From assembly GCA_964448115.1 (NCBI GenBank), contig CAYUVA010000010.1, positions 1 through 64,000 on the forward strand: a DNA stretch of 64,000 nt. The letters run 5' to 3'. Of this stretch, positions 49,790-58,960 are shown in pieces. The notes under the pieces were generated by a model that saw only the letters and a program-made list of their open reading frames with translations, was not told the origin of the DNA and searched no databases. Each line of letters starts with the position of its first letter. The stretch's first letter is position 1. Made by a program: the position numbers and the translations under genes. Source of the DNA: an uncultured bacterium. Its GTDB lineage: Bacteria > CAYUVA01.

Positions 49790-51673
49790 TCATAAGTCTT
49801 TTGCAAAAAAATCCTCTGGAATAAGTATCCCCTTGGCGTGAAATTCAGGTAGGAAAGTAGGTATATGCCCCATAGTATGGAACTCGCCGATGACTCGCCC
49901 TCGTTCACCCAAGCCTTCCTGGATGAACTTGAAGATCGGCTTGATCTTGATGCGGTAATGCTCATCCACCTCATCCATGACCTCTACTACCTCGGTAACC
50001 TTTCTTGATCCATCGGGGAAGCGGGCAGTGTGAATGATGATATCTACTGCGCTGATGATCTGTTCACGGATCGCCTTAACAGGTAGATCCATACCCGCCA
50101 TTAGCACCATAGTCTCCAGTCGGCTCAGTGCATCCTGTGAGCTGTTGGAGTGCAGTGTGGTCATGGATCCGTCGTGTCCAGTGTTCATCGCCTGGATCAT
50201 GTCGATCGACTCGCCGCCTCGGCACTCGCCGACTACGATGCGATCCGGTCTCATTCTAAGTGAGTTCCTCACCAGGTCGCGAATGGTGATCTCCCCCTTG
50301 CCTTCTATGTTTGGCGGTCTAGCTTCCAATGATATCCAGTGCTCCTGGTGCAACTGTAATTCGGTTACGATCTCGATGGTAACAATGCGCTCCGAGTTGG
50401 GTATGAAACCTGAGCAGACATTGAGCAGGGTTGTCTTTCCCGATCCAGTACCGCCTGAGATAACCAGGTTTTTTCGTCCCAACACGCAAGCCTTGATAAA
50501 GGCAGCTATCTTGGGGGTGAGGGTTTGGAAAGCAATCAAGTCATGCACTGTGTAGGGATTCTTGGCGAAACGGCGGATGGTTATGCAGGGTCCCTTGACC
50601 GCAATGGGCGGGATGATGGCGTTGACTCGCGAGCCGTCCTTGAGCCTTGCATCGACCATCGGTGAGCTTTCATCTATTCTCCTGCCAATGGGACCCAGGA
50701 TGCGTTCAATGGTTGACATAACCGCATCGTTGGTCGAGAACTTCGATTCTGTAAGGGTGATCTTGCCGTATTTCTCGATATAGATCTGGTCTTTATTGTT
50801 GACCATGACCTCGGTGATCATCTCGTCAGCCAAGTAGTCCTCCAGGGGACCTAGTCCAAGCGCCTCGTCGAAGACCTGCTTTGCCAGGTCGCGCTTGGAG
50901 ACCCAGCGAGGAATCTCGCCAGCCATCTCGGTAATGATGTCGCGGATGAGCTTCTTGGTCTTCTCGCGCAGCTCTTTTTCCTTGGTCTTGTTGAAGTCCA
51001 TCTTGCGCAGATCCATGTACTCCAACAATCGACGATGGATCTCTTTTTTAAGCTCAAGCAGAATCTCGTTTTTCTTGATCTCTTCATCGGAGAGAACCCT
51101 CTTGACTATCTTTTGTGCTAGATCCATCTGGAAGTTTTCATCATAGAAGTCATCCTGGAAGTCGTATTCCTTTTCAGCCCTTTTTAGCTCATAAGCCCCC
51201 AACTGTTTTGCCTTATCCTTTAGAGTACTGCTTTTATCAGTCTTTTTTACAGCAAATGGATCCTCGCGATCGTCAATGGAGAAGTCTTCATCAAGCGAAT
51301 CCTCGATTTGTTCCCTTACCGTATCGAGGTCATAGATTTGGGTCGAGATGCTCTCTTCTGGAGGCTGGTTTTCATCAATTTGGGTTAAGATTATAAGAAA
51401 GTCTCCGATTCGGATCTCGTCGTTCACCTTTATTGCTTGATCGCGTTTATTGGGTATTCGTACATTATTCACCAGGGTGCCGTTTGCGCTGCCAAGGTCT
51501 TGGATATAGAAATTACCGTTTTTTTGCTTGAGCACCGCGTGGTTCCTGGACACGTTGGACTGGAGCAGGGAGATATCGTTGTTCCTCAGGCGCCCAATGG
51601 TAAGTACATCTTTATTAATCTCCTTCTCATGGATGATATTATCAAAGCGGTCTTTTACTATAAGTTTATGCAT
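49790..51673 (-). CDS. FHA domain-CpaF/TadA family secretion ATPase fusion
   Basis: FHA IGR..NDI...SNVSRNHA..DLGSANGT; LGPLE, SPMVDARL, GGTGSGKTT, LRMRPDRIVVGECRG, MNTGHDG. Confidence 0.9.
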   Translation of the reverse strand: MHKLIVKDRFDNIIHEKEINKDVLTIGRLRNNDISLLQSNVSRNHAVLKQKNGNFYIQDLGSANGTLVNNVRIPNKRDQAIKVNDEIRIGDFLIILTQIDENQPPEESISTQIYDLDTVREQIEDSLDEDFSIDDREDPFAVKKTDKSSTLKDKAKQLGAYELKRAEKEYDFQDDFYDENFQMDLAQKIVKRVLSDEEIKKNEILLELKKEIHRRLLEYMDLRKMDFNKTKEKELREKTKKLIRDIITEMAGEIPRWVSKRDLAKQVFDEALGLGPLEDYLADEMITEVMVNNKDQIYIEKYGKITLTESKFSTNDAVMSTIERILGPIGRRIDESSPMVDARLKDGSRVNAIIPPIAVKGPCITIRRFAKNPYTVHDLIAFQTLTPKIAAFIKACVLGRKNLVISGGTGSGKTTLLNVCSGFIPNSERIVTIEIVTELQLHQEHWISLEARPPNIEGKGEITIRDLVRNSLRMRPDRIVVGECRGGESIDMIQAMNTGHDGSMTTLHSNSSQDALSRLETMVLMAGMDLPVKAIREQIISAVDIIIHTARFPDGSRKVTEVVEVMDEVDEHYRIKIKPIFKFIQEGLGERGRVIGEFHTMGHIPTFLPEFHAKGILIPEDFFAKDL

Positions 51674-51985
51674 TTTCGTTTACACCTAATCGGTTTTTTT
51701 GACTTTGCTACACACAGATATTATAGCTCAATTACAGACCTTTTCAATATAGCCGAGTATCCCAAATTTTCGACTTGGATTTTCAACAAGATAATTGCAT
51801 TTTAGCAGTCTATCTTTTATGTGGCGATATTTGCAATAGATCATGTGGCTTCCATAAATCAAAATCCGACTACCATAAAGTCCTAAGCCCCGACCTTATC
51901 CGCAGAGACTGAAGGCACCTAGATACCACTTTATATCCTATCCCGATGAAATCGTGATATCCGGAGAACCACGGTATCCCATCCC

Positions 51986-52009
51986 CTTTGTGCCCTCGTG
52001 CCTTTGTGC
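51986..52009. repeat. Octamer tandem repeat x3
   Basis: CTTTGTGC CCTCGTGC CTTTGTGC. Confidence 0.5.
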
Positions 52010-52061
52010 TTATAAAACCTCAGCCATTCATCCCGTTTTAATTGGTTGCGGCTACGCTGCC

Positions 52062-53024
52062 TTAGTCGCTTTGTTGTTTGATTATCTCGATAAAGGATTC
52101 CTCCAAGGTTTCGCCAAGCGGGGTCAATGACTCGATAGTCCCCTTGGCTGCCCTGACCAGATCGATCGCCTCGCCAGCTTTCTCTCTAGTGTGGATCTGG
52201 ATGGAATACCTCCCCTGCGACAGCATCTTCAGATTATCGCCGAGATGTTTGAGAGCCTCGATCGTGGTTTCATCTACATTGGAGAAGGTGAGTATGTAGA
52301 TATCGGTCATGCGTCTTATGTTTTCAACCGTATCTGTTCTGATCAATCTTGCCTGTGATATGATGGCTACTCGGTCAGCGATCAGCTCGATCTCTGATAA
52401 CTGGTGCGAGCTGATCACGATAGTTCGTCCTAACTCTTTTTCCTTTTTCAGAAGCTCGCGCATCTTGACCTTTGCCATAGGGTCTAATCCGGAGGTCGGT
52501 TCATCGAGCATGAGAAGCTCCGGCTGCCCGATCAGCGCCTGTGCCAGGCAGATCCTCTGCAACATCCCTTTGCTATATCCTTTAAGCCTTTTGTTTTCAT
52601 GCTTTTTAAGATCCAATGATTGAAGCAATTCCTCTATACGATGTTGCCTTTTTTGAGGGGGTACTCTGTCCATTGCGCCGAATAGATGCAACATTGACCT
52701 GCCAGTCAGATGGTTATAAAAGGAGAACTCCTCTGGCATGAATCCGATCCGAGCCAGCCGGTGAACATCTATGCCGTACTCTCCGAAGATCCTGAATTTG
52801 CCACTACTTTGATGGATAAATCCGAGTAGAATGTAAAAAAAAGTTGTCTTTCCTGAACCGTTGGGACCGATGATTCCGAATATCTCACCCCGACGAACCT
52901 CCAGACTCACATCAACTAAAGCAGTTGATTCTGCTCCAAACGCCTGTCGGTAGGTCTTGCAAAGGTTATGAGTAGTTATTATATATTCAATCCCTTTATC
53001 TTCCATTGCGGCTCTGTGCTCCAT
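52062..53024 (-). CDS. ABC-2-type transporter ATP-binding protein
   Basis: GPNGSGKTT, YSKGMLQR, LMLDEPTSGLDP, SSH, C-terminal TLEESF. Confidence 0.93.
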   Translation of the reverse strand: MEHRAAMEDKGIEYIITTHNLCKTYRQAFGAESTALVDVSLEVRRGEIFGIIGPNGSGKTTFFYILLGFIHQSSGKFRIFGEYGIDVHRLARIGFMPEEFSFYNHLTGRSMLHLFGAMDRVPPQKRQHRIEELLQSLDLKKHENKRLKGYSKGMLQRICLAQALIGQPELLMLDEPTSGLDPMAKVKMRELLKKEKELGRTIVISSHQLSEIELIADRVAIISQARLIRTDTVENIRRMTDIYILTFSNVDETTIEALKHLGDNLKMLSQGRYSIQIHTREKAGEAIDLVRAAKGTIESLTPLGETLEESFIEIIKQQSD

Positions 53025-53072
53025 TTATAAGCCATCCTATGGCTCTTTTGAACATATTGCAAGATATTTAGT

Positions 53073-53170
53073 TTGTTAGTTTCTAGTTACTTGTTTCTGG
53101 TTTCTTGTTTCTAGTTAGTTAGCTGGCTCGATTTTTTGGTTAACTAGTTTATTGATTTGCTGGTTTCTGG
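53073..53170. repeat. Degenerate heptamer tandem repeat (TTTCT[A/G/T]G)
   Basis: Six in-register units at 53073-53114 plus two at 53157-53170. Confidence 0.65.
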
Positions 53171-53202
53171 CGTAGATTTTTATGATCGCTACTTGGGCGG
53201 CG

Positions 53203-54015
53203 CTAGGATATAGAAGATTTGAAAAAAAGCCTGCCTGCGTTATTCGATGTTATCCTGGCAACTTGTTCTAGGGACAACTTCCAGAGTTTAGATAATAACT
53301 CGGCCACCTCGATGACATAAGCAGGCTCGTTCCGCTTGCCCCTTCTCGATTGAGGAGCAAGAAATGGCGCATCGGTCTCGATCATAACCCTGTCTCTGGG
53401 GAGCCTCTCTGCAATGTCTCTAATCTCGCCCGACTTTGGATAGGTGATCGAGCCGGTAAAGGAGATGTAAAAGCCGATGTGGATCAACTTTTCTGACATC
53501 TCCTTATTGCCACTGAAACAATGAACCACTCCACGAAGTCCTTTTGCCGCATATCTGCTGAGTATCTCCACCGTCTCTTCTTCGGCTTTCCTTGAGTGTA
53601 TGACCACTGGAAGATCATGCTCGAGCGCAATCTCCAACTGCCGCCTGAATACGGTTACTTGCACCTTGGGCGGGGAGTACTTATAGTGGTAATCAAGTCC
53701 TGTCTCACCTAGGGCAACCACCTTGTCTGGGCCTAGGGCTTCGATGAGCGCTTGTTCCACCTTTTCATCATAGCTGGAGGCATCATGTGGGTGAACTCCA
53801 ACAATGGCGAACACAGGCTCGTATAGAGCAGCCAGCTCAACCGGTGCGGTAAGCTTGGACACCTCGCTGGATACTGAAAATAGGTACTTCACCGTATAAT
53901 CCCCTGCTCGTTCGATGACCCGCTGGCGGTCATGGTCGAAGGCAGGCATGTCAAGGTGACAGTGAGTATCTACGAAGAAGTGTTCTTTATGTTTGTCTCT
54001 ACCTGGTTTAATAAT
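53203..54015 (-). CDS. tatD: TatD family hydrolase; 5' end uncertain (no canonical start upstream of the HxH motif)
   Basis: In-frame FVDTHCHLD lies upstream of the first ATG (53949); also GVHPH, GETGLDY, VIHSR, HCFSG, ETDAPFLAP, NEP. Confidence 0.88.
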   Translation of the reverse strand: MIKPGRDKHKEHFFVDTHCHLDMPAFDHDRQRVIERAGDYTVKYLFSVSSEVSKLTAPVELAALYEPVFAIVGVHPHDASSYDEKVEQALIEALGPDKVVALGETGLDYHYKYSPPKVQVTVFRRQLEIALEHDLPVVIHSRKAEEETVEILSRYAAKGLRGVVHCFSGNKEMSEKLIHIGFYISFTGSITYPKSGEIRDIAERLPRDRVMIETDAPFLAPQSRRGKRNEPAYVIEVAELLSKLWKLSLEQVARITSNNAGRLFFKSSIS

Positions 54016-54044
54016 CGTTTATTGGTTATATGCAGAACTGTCTA

Positions 54045-54446
54045 TCAGCTTATCTCGATCTCTTTGGAGCTTTCCCAAAGCCCATGTATGTTGCAATAGG
54101 CGAGCGCATGAAGTGTTCCAGGCTGGGAGATCTTCATAAATGCAACCGCTGAGTGGCTGGCATATACTGGTCCTTGATTAGCACCCTGGCTCGATTCTCC
54201 GTGGGCGTTGAATTCCACTTTGGCAACATCGTAAGTGAATTTTGCCTCCTTGGGATGAAAGAAAAGGTGTATGTACCGAATGTGGTGCTCGGTTGTGTTT
54301 GGATGGGCGATCTCCTTGCCGAGGCTGATCTTTACCTCGAAGGTTTCGCCTGCCTTGACCTTATCTGGACATTCGATGACTGGCACATGCTTTTCAGCCT
54401 TCCAGTCTCCATGTTGAATACGATCCTTAAAGTCGGTCATTTCCAT
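54045..54446 (-). CDS. Superoxide reductase, neelaredoxin-type (class II SORL)
   Basis: EKHVP, HPNTTEHHI and CNIHGLW iron ligands; SD AAGGAGG. Confidence 0.92.
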   Translation of the reverse strand: MEMTDFKDRIQHGDWKAEKHVPVIECPDKVKAGETFEVKISLGKEIAHPNTTEHHIRYIHLFFHPKEAKFTYDVAKVEFNAHGESSQGANQGPVYASHSAVAFMKISQPGTLHALAYCNIHGLWESSKEIEIS

Positions 54447-54614
54447 TATTCCTCCTTGCTCAATATTTTGTAGCGTTGACCATTGGTTTCTTTAATCCAT
54501 TTTTTTCACAACCCCTATGAATTGAGTTTTATTCCTTTTATCATATTCTTGTCTAAATCTACTCTATGTTTTAAATTCAGTTCAACTTATTTAATACAGG
54601 AAAAAGAAAGAAGC

Positions 54615-55688
54615 ATGGATGAGAAATCTGGCAAGGACAAAATATGCCGATTGACCGGATATTCCAGGGCGGCTGGGTGAGCCTCGAAGGCAAGTCTCTC
54701 TGAGCTGGCGCAGGTTCTGTGTCATATAAAGCCGCGTAAGAATCCGGATGTACTAATCGGCTCCGATTCAGCCGATGATGCCGGTGTCTATCGATTGGCG
54801 CCGGATCTGGCGGTGGTTTATACTGTCGATTTTTTCACGCCAATAGTCGATGATCCCGAAATTTTCGGCATGATAGCTGCTGCCAACTCGCTGAGCGATA
54901 TATATGCAATGGGCGCTGAGCCGATCGCTGCCCTTAACATCGCCTGCTTGCCGACCAAGAAACAGGGGATGCTGGATCTATTCAATCGCATCGTGGCTGG
55001 GGGAGTCTCCAAGCTCGATGAAGCCGGCTGTACGCTTATCGGTGGTCATACTTTAGAGGATGATGACCTGAAGTTCGGATATACGATCATCGGCAGGGTG
55101 CATCCTGATCGCCTGGTAACTAATGCGGATGCAAAGCCGGGAGATCTTTTGATTCTTTCCAAGAAGTTAGGCACTGGTGCTTTAGGCAGCGCCCTTAAGT
55201 CCGGAAAACTAAGCTCAAAGGACCAGACTGAATTCATCGACTCCATGCTTCAGCTTAACAAGGCTGCCTGCCAGGTGATGCAGGGATTCAAGGTAAAGGC
55301 TGCCACCGATGTTACCGGTTACGGGCTTGCTGGACACGCTTTTGAGATGGCAAGGGCTAGCGATGTTAAGATAATCCTTTATCCGATGCAGATACCTTAT
55401 TTCAAGGCTGCTTTCGACTTGCTAAGTCAAGGTAAGTTCATTACCCGGTCCACCAGGCAGACCGCACAGTACCTCAAGGATTTCATCGATGACGCCAGCA
55501 ACATCAAGCAGCCCTATCAAAGCCTTCTTTTCGACCCTCAGACTAGCGGAGGATTGCTTATCTGCATCCAGGAGAAGAGCGCAAAATCATTTATACAGGC
55601 TCTGTACGATAATAGGGTTAGGGCAGCAACTATCGTCGGCAGGGTAATCGAAAGGAAAAAATCAGAAAAATTCATCGGCTTCGAGTAA
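54615..55688 (+). CDS. selD: Selenide, water dikinase containing selenocysteine (UGA at 54678-54680, Sec22)
   Basis: RLTGYSRAAG-TGA-ASK reads in frame into DDAGVY, TVDFFTPIVDDP, NSLSDIYAMG, GGH, ATDVTGYGL, DPQTSGGLL. Confidence 0.95.
54702..54717 (+). promoter_or_regulatory. Candidate bacterial SECIS hairpin
   Basis: GAGCUG-GCG-CAGGUUC stem-loop with a G-led loop 27 nt downstream of the in-frame UGA. Confidence 0.45.
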
Positions 55689-55713
55689 CTCTTCTTTTCA
55701 GGTTTGCTCGGCT

Positions 55714-56625
55714 TCAGTTGTCTATCTTCCTGGCTACTAGCCCGAAGTAATCCTCCAGCTTAACCTCTTCGATGATCTCCATGCCATGATTTATCAGCGC
55801 CCGGCAGATCTGCGAAGCCTTTTCCTTGACTATTCCAGAACAGATTAATACGCCGTTTTCCTTCAGACAATCGATAATCTTTTCTGCACAGTCGATCAAT
55901 ATCTGCACATATAGATTTGCACAGACAATATCAAAGAACCCGGTTTCCTCGAGATCCCTCACATCGCAGCACTCCAATACAGGATTTAATAAGATGCCGT
56001 TCAGCTCCAGGTTCATATATGTATTTTCTATTGCCTCCGAATCGATATCTATCATCTTCACCTTCGAGGCACCTAGCTTCAAAGCTGCAATCCCCAAGAT
56101 GCCGCTGCCACAGCCGATATCGAGCACCCAATCAGCCGGCGAGATAAATTCCTCCAAAAGCTCAAGACAGCAACGAGTCGTCTCGTGGAAGCCGGTGCCG
56201 AAGGCGGTGGCTGGATAGATGATGATAGGTATGCGAGATAAGGGATCTGGGGGTAGCTTTTTACCGGGGATGATGATCAATGTCTTTCCAACGGGCATAG
56301 GAGTAAGGGTTCTTTGCCAGGCAGCGAGATAATCCTCGGCTTTGATCTGATCTATCTCCACCCGTTCCAGCGCAGATCCGCATCTGCGTGCTGCATTATC
56401 AAGCTGATTTATGATCTTATCAGGCTCAGCTTGTTTATTGCCTAGAAGATAAAAGGTCAGCAATAGCCTGTCTTCAGCAATAAAGAGCCTACCGCCCAGC
56501 TCGGTATCCTTATCCTGGAGCTGGAATGAGGTGATGCCGAGTTCTATCAACTCGGCGGTTATAATATCAAAAGCGCCAGGGTCGATCAGAATTCGTATCC
56601 TAGTATGTTTCCTCGAACGGCTCAT
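55714..56625 (-). CDS. prmA: Ribosomal protein L11 methyltransferase
   Basis: P.TAFGTGFHETTRCCL, VLDIGCGSGIL, DID, ANL, SGI; start uncertain and overlaps the upstream gene. Confidence 0.93.
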   Translation of the reverse strand: MSRSRKHTRIRILIDPGAFDIITAELIELGITSFQLQDKDTELGGRLFIAEDRLLLTFYLLGNKQAEPDKIINQLDNAARRCGSALERVEIDQIKAEDYLAAWQRTLTPMPVGKTLIIIPGKKLPPDPLSRIPIIIYPATAFGTGFHETTRCCLELLEEFISPADWVLDIGCGSGILGIAALKLGASKVKMIDIDSEAIENTYMNLELNGILLNPVLECCDVRDLEETGFFDIVCANLYVQILIDCAEKIIDCLKENGVLICSGIVKEKASQICRALINHGMEIIEEVKLEDYFGLVARKIDN

Positions 56626-58267
56626 AAAGCAAAGCAAGAACGGTTTTTACTCCAACGATGCCGTCCGGGATCAATCCTTTTTGTTTTTGTGCCCGTATCA
56701 CCGCTTCCTTGAGCTGCTCATCAAAGATGCCGTCGCAACACTGACCAGGCTCAAGGAAGCCTTGTTTGACCAGCATTTTTCGCAGCGCCACCACCTGTTC
56801 TCCCCGTGCGCCGATGCCAAGCAACTGCCTGATTTTCAGATCCGAACTCTCCAGGTAATATGACTCGCCACTGTAGCGCCGTTTAAGATCATCCGCACCA
56901 AGTTCGATGATCCCGCTTGATGGATTGCATACTACATGCGCTGCATCCCTTTTTCCACGCAGGATAAAATACTCGCTGGTGATCCCCCTATCATCGTACA
57001 AGGAGATGATAATAGGATATCCGATGGTCTCCAGGTCTCGCCTGGTGAACTTGCCGGCAACCAGGTTGAAATTCGCATCCAGCTCGATCTCCATGAGCGA
57101 TTCCAGCTCCAGATCAAAGAGGTACTCGGTAGGATCAACATCGCGGTTTTTTCTGCGTTCATAAAGGTACAATATCCAGCCGAGCAGCCTTCCGGTTGCC
57201 TGACTGCTATCACCGGTCTTGAAATGCTCGTACTCATCCCGGTAGGTCTCCAGGTAAACCGTTGGTGTTGGAGTTAGGGTCGGAATGGCTGTTGGACTGG
57301 GAGTAGGCGTGCTGGTCGGCTGATACCAGGGATTGCCCGGCTCTTTACCGCTTACAGCACTCAGGACGATATAACCTATCGAGAAAACTATCAGAGCGAA
57401 GAATAATCCGATTACTATGTATCTGCCCATGTTCAATGCCTCCAAGTCTTGGGAGGGACTTTTACCCTCCATGGTCATTATAGCCTCTTTTACGATCTTT
57501 TTACAAATATGAGTGGTTCCCATCACATAAGCGCCGAGCAACGCCTTGTCGCAGACCTGGTTTATCAGCCGTGGCACTCCCTTTGAGTAGTTTTGGATCG
57601 CCCGGTAAGCACCCTTGTCGAATGCAGGATAATGACGGGGAGCAGCGACCTTTATGCGATGGTTAATGTAGCGGCGAGCCGATGCGAGATCCAGCCTACC
57701 GAGATGATCCCTGATCGCTATCCTTTGTCTTAGTTGCTCAAGTTCGGGGTGAGCGATGATCCTGTTTAGCTGCGGTTGACCGACCAATACCAGTTGCAGC
57801 AGCTTCTCTTGATCGGTCTCCAGGTTGGACAGCATCCTAAGCTCCTCGAATAACTCAAAGGGGAGATTCTGAGCCTCATCAATGATGAGCACAGCGAGCT
57901 TGCCCTCGCTAGCGCATTGGAGAAGAAAGGTGTTCATCCTGAGCAATAGATCCTGCTTGCTGGCATGCTTGGGAGTTTGTACCCCAAAGTCGGCAAGGAT
58001 GCTTTTTAAAAGCCCCTTCTCATCGAGGTATGGATTGAAGATGATCGCAATCTCCGCCTTGTCATGTAGCTTTTGAGCAAGCGTCCTTATGAGCGTGGTC
58101 TTGCCAGTCCCGATCTCCCCGGTGAGCAGCATGAAGCCCTCTTTGCGTTGGATGCCGTAAAGAAGGTGATTGAATGCTCGCAGGTGCCCGGGACTAAGGT
58201 AGTAGAACCTCGGATCCGGCGTTATGGCAAAGGGACGAGCCTTGAAGCCGAAAAAATTCTCATACAT
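56600..58267 (-). CDS. ExeA/GspA-family AAA ATPase with TM segment and C-terminal peptidoglycan-binding domain
   Basis: MY..FFG....PF..TPDP, TGEIGTGKTT, IIDEAQNL, LVGQP, GVPRLIN; PG-binding ...DGIVG..T. Confidence 0.9.
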   Translation of the reverse strand: MYENFFGFKARPFAITPDPRFYYLSPGHLRAFNHLLYGIQRKEGFMLLTGEIGTGKTTLIRTLAQKLHDKAEIAIIFNPYLDEKGLLKSILADFGVQTPKHASKQDLLLRMNTFLLQCASEGKLAVLIIDEAQNLPFELFEELRMLSNLETDQEKLLQLVLVGQPQLNRIIAHPELEQLRQRIAIRDHLGRLDLASARRYINHRIKVAAPRHYPAFDKGAYRAIQNYSKGVPRLINQVCDKALLGAYVMGTTHICKKIVKEAIMTMEGKSPSQDLEALNMGRYIVIGLFFALIVFSIGYIVLSAVSGKEPGNPWYQPTSTPTPSPTAIPTLTPTPTVYLETYRDEYEHFKTGDSSQATGRLLGWILYLYERRKNRDVDPTEYLFDLELESLMEIELDANFNLVAGKFTRRDLETIGYPIIISLYDDRGITSEYFILRGKRDAAHVVCNPSSGIIELGADDLKRRYSGESYYLESSDLKIRQLLGIGARGEQVVALRKMLVKQGFLEPGQCCDGIFDEQLKEAVIRAQKQKGLIPDGIVGVKTVLALLYEPFEETY

Positions 58268-58334
58268 GATGGGGCGAAGATTAGTTCCTTCCTATATAAA
58301 TAAAGATTGTAGTCCCTAATATAATTGGACAGGC

Positions 58335-58946
58335 TCATATCAGGTGTAGCCAGTCGCCCAAGAGGAACTGCATCCTGCCGATGAGAAGCGAGATGCGAGC
58401 CATGACCGTATAACCAAAGGAAGCGCCGAACGAGATCATCAAAAAATAAATCCCAATCTTAGCCAAAACCCCGAATGCTCCCCTGTGCGCCTTGGAGAAG
58501 AAGAAATAAAATAAGCCAGTCAATACGCCGATTACCAAGACCAGGTGATTAAGAAAGCTCACTTCGGGACCGGTAACGATGGTGCCCTTTAGCTGCATTA
58601 ACACATTCGACTGGATATAAACGACAAAGTAGATCCCTGAGCCGGTGCCGATCATGAATGCCAGCGGCCAGCGACTCATCCAGCCCAACTTGGCAGAGAG
58701 CCTAAAGAGCATCATAATCCCCAGAAAAAATGGGATCAATAAAAGGAAATTGTGTGCAAAGTCCTCGGTTAAGGGGACAAAGAGCTTCCTGATGAAGATC
58801 TCATGCCAGTACCTGCCGAACCAGTAGCCAGCGGATACGCCGACGAAAAGATGCTCGCCTATCTTGTAAAAAGGATTGTCTTTATACAGAAAACTGAATA
58901 TGGATAATGTAAGTATCGCAGCCAACCATATGCCAAACGTTTCCAT
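58335..58946 (-). CDS. Uncharacterised polytopic membrane protein (GlmL-like operon)
   Basis: ~6 TMs; SFLYKDNP, EHLFVG.SAGY, FGASFG..VMARISLLIGR. Confidence 0.8.
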   Translation of the reverse strand: METFGIWLAAILTLSIFSFLYKDNPFYKIGEHLFVGVSAGYWFGRYWHEIFIRKLFVPLTEDFAHNFLLLIPFFLGIMMLFRLSAKLGWMSRWPLAFMIGTGSGIYFVVYIQSNVLMQLKGTIVTGPEVSFLNHLVLVIGVLTGLFYFFFSKAHRGAFGVLAKIGIYFLMISFGASFGYTVMARISLLIGRMQFLLGDWLHLI

Positions 58947-58960
58947 GCCCCATTTAACTC

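Noticed and set aside
51674-52061. 388-bp intergenic region with a REP/MITE-like end (GGTTGCGGCTACGCTGCC)
   Set aside because: No matching inverted partner, target duplication or second copy in the window.
54483-54680. 65-aa ORF as an independent gene
   Set aside because: Its 3' part is the N-terminus of selD, before the Sec codon.
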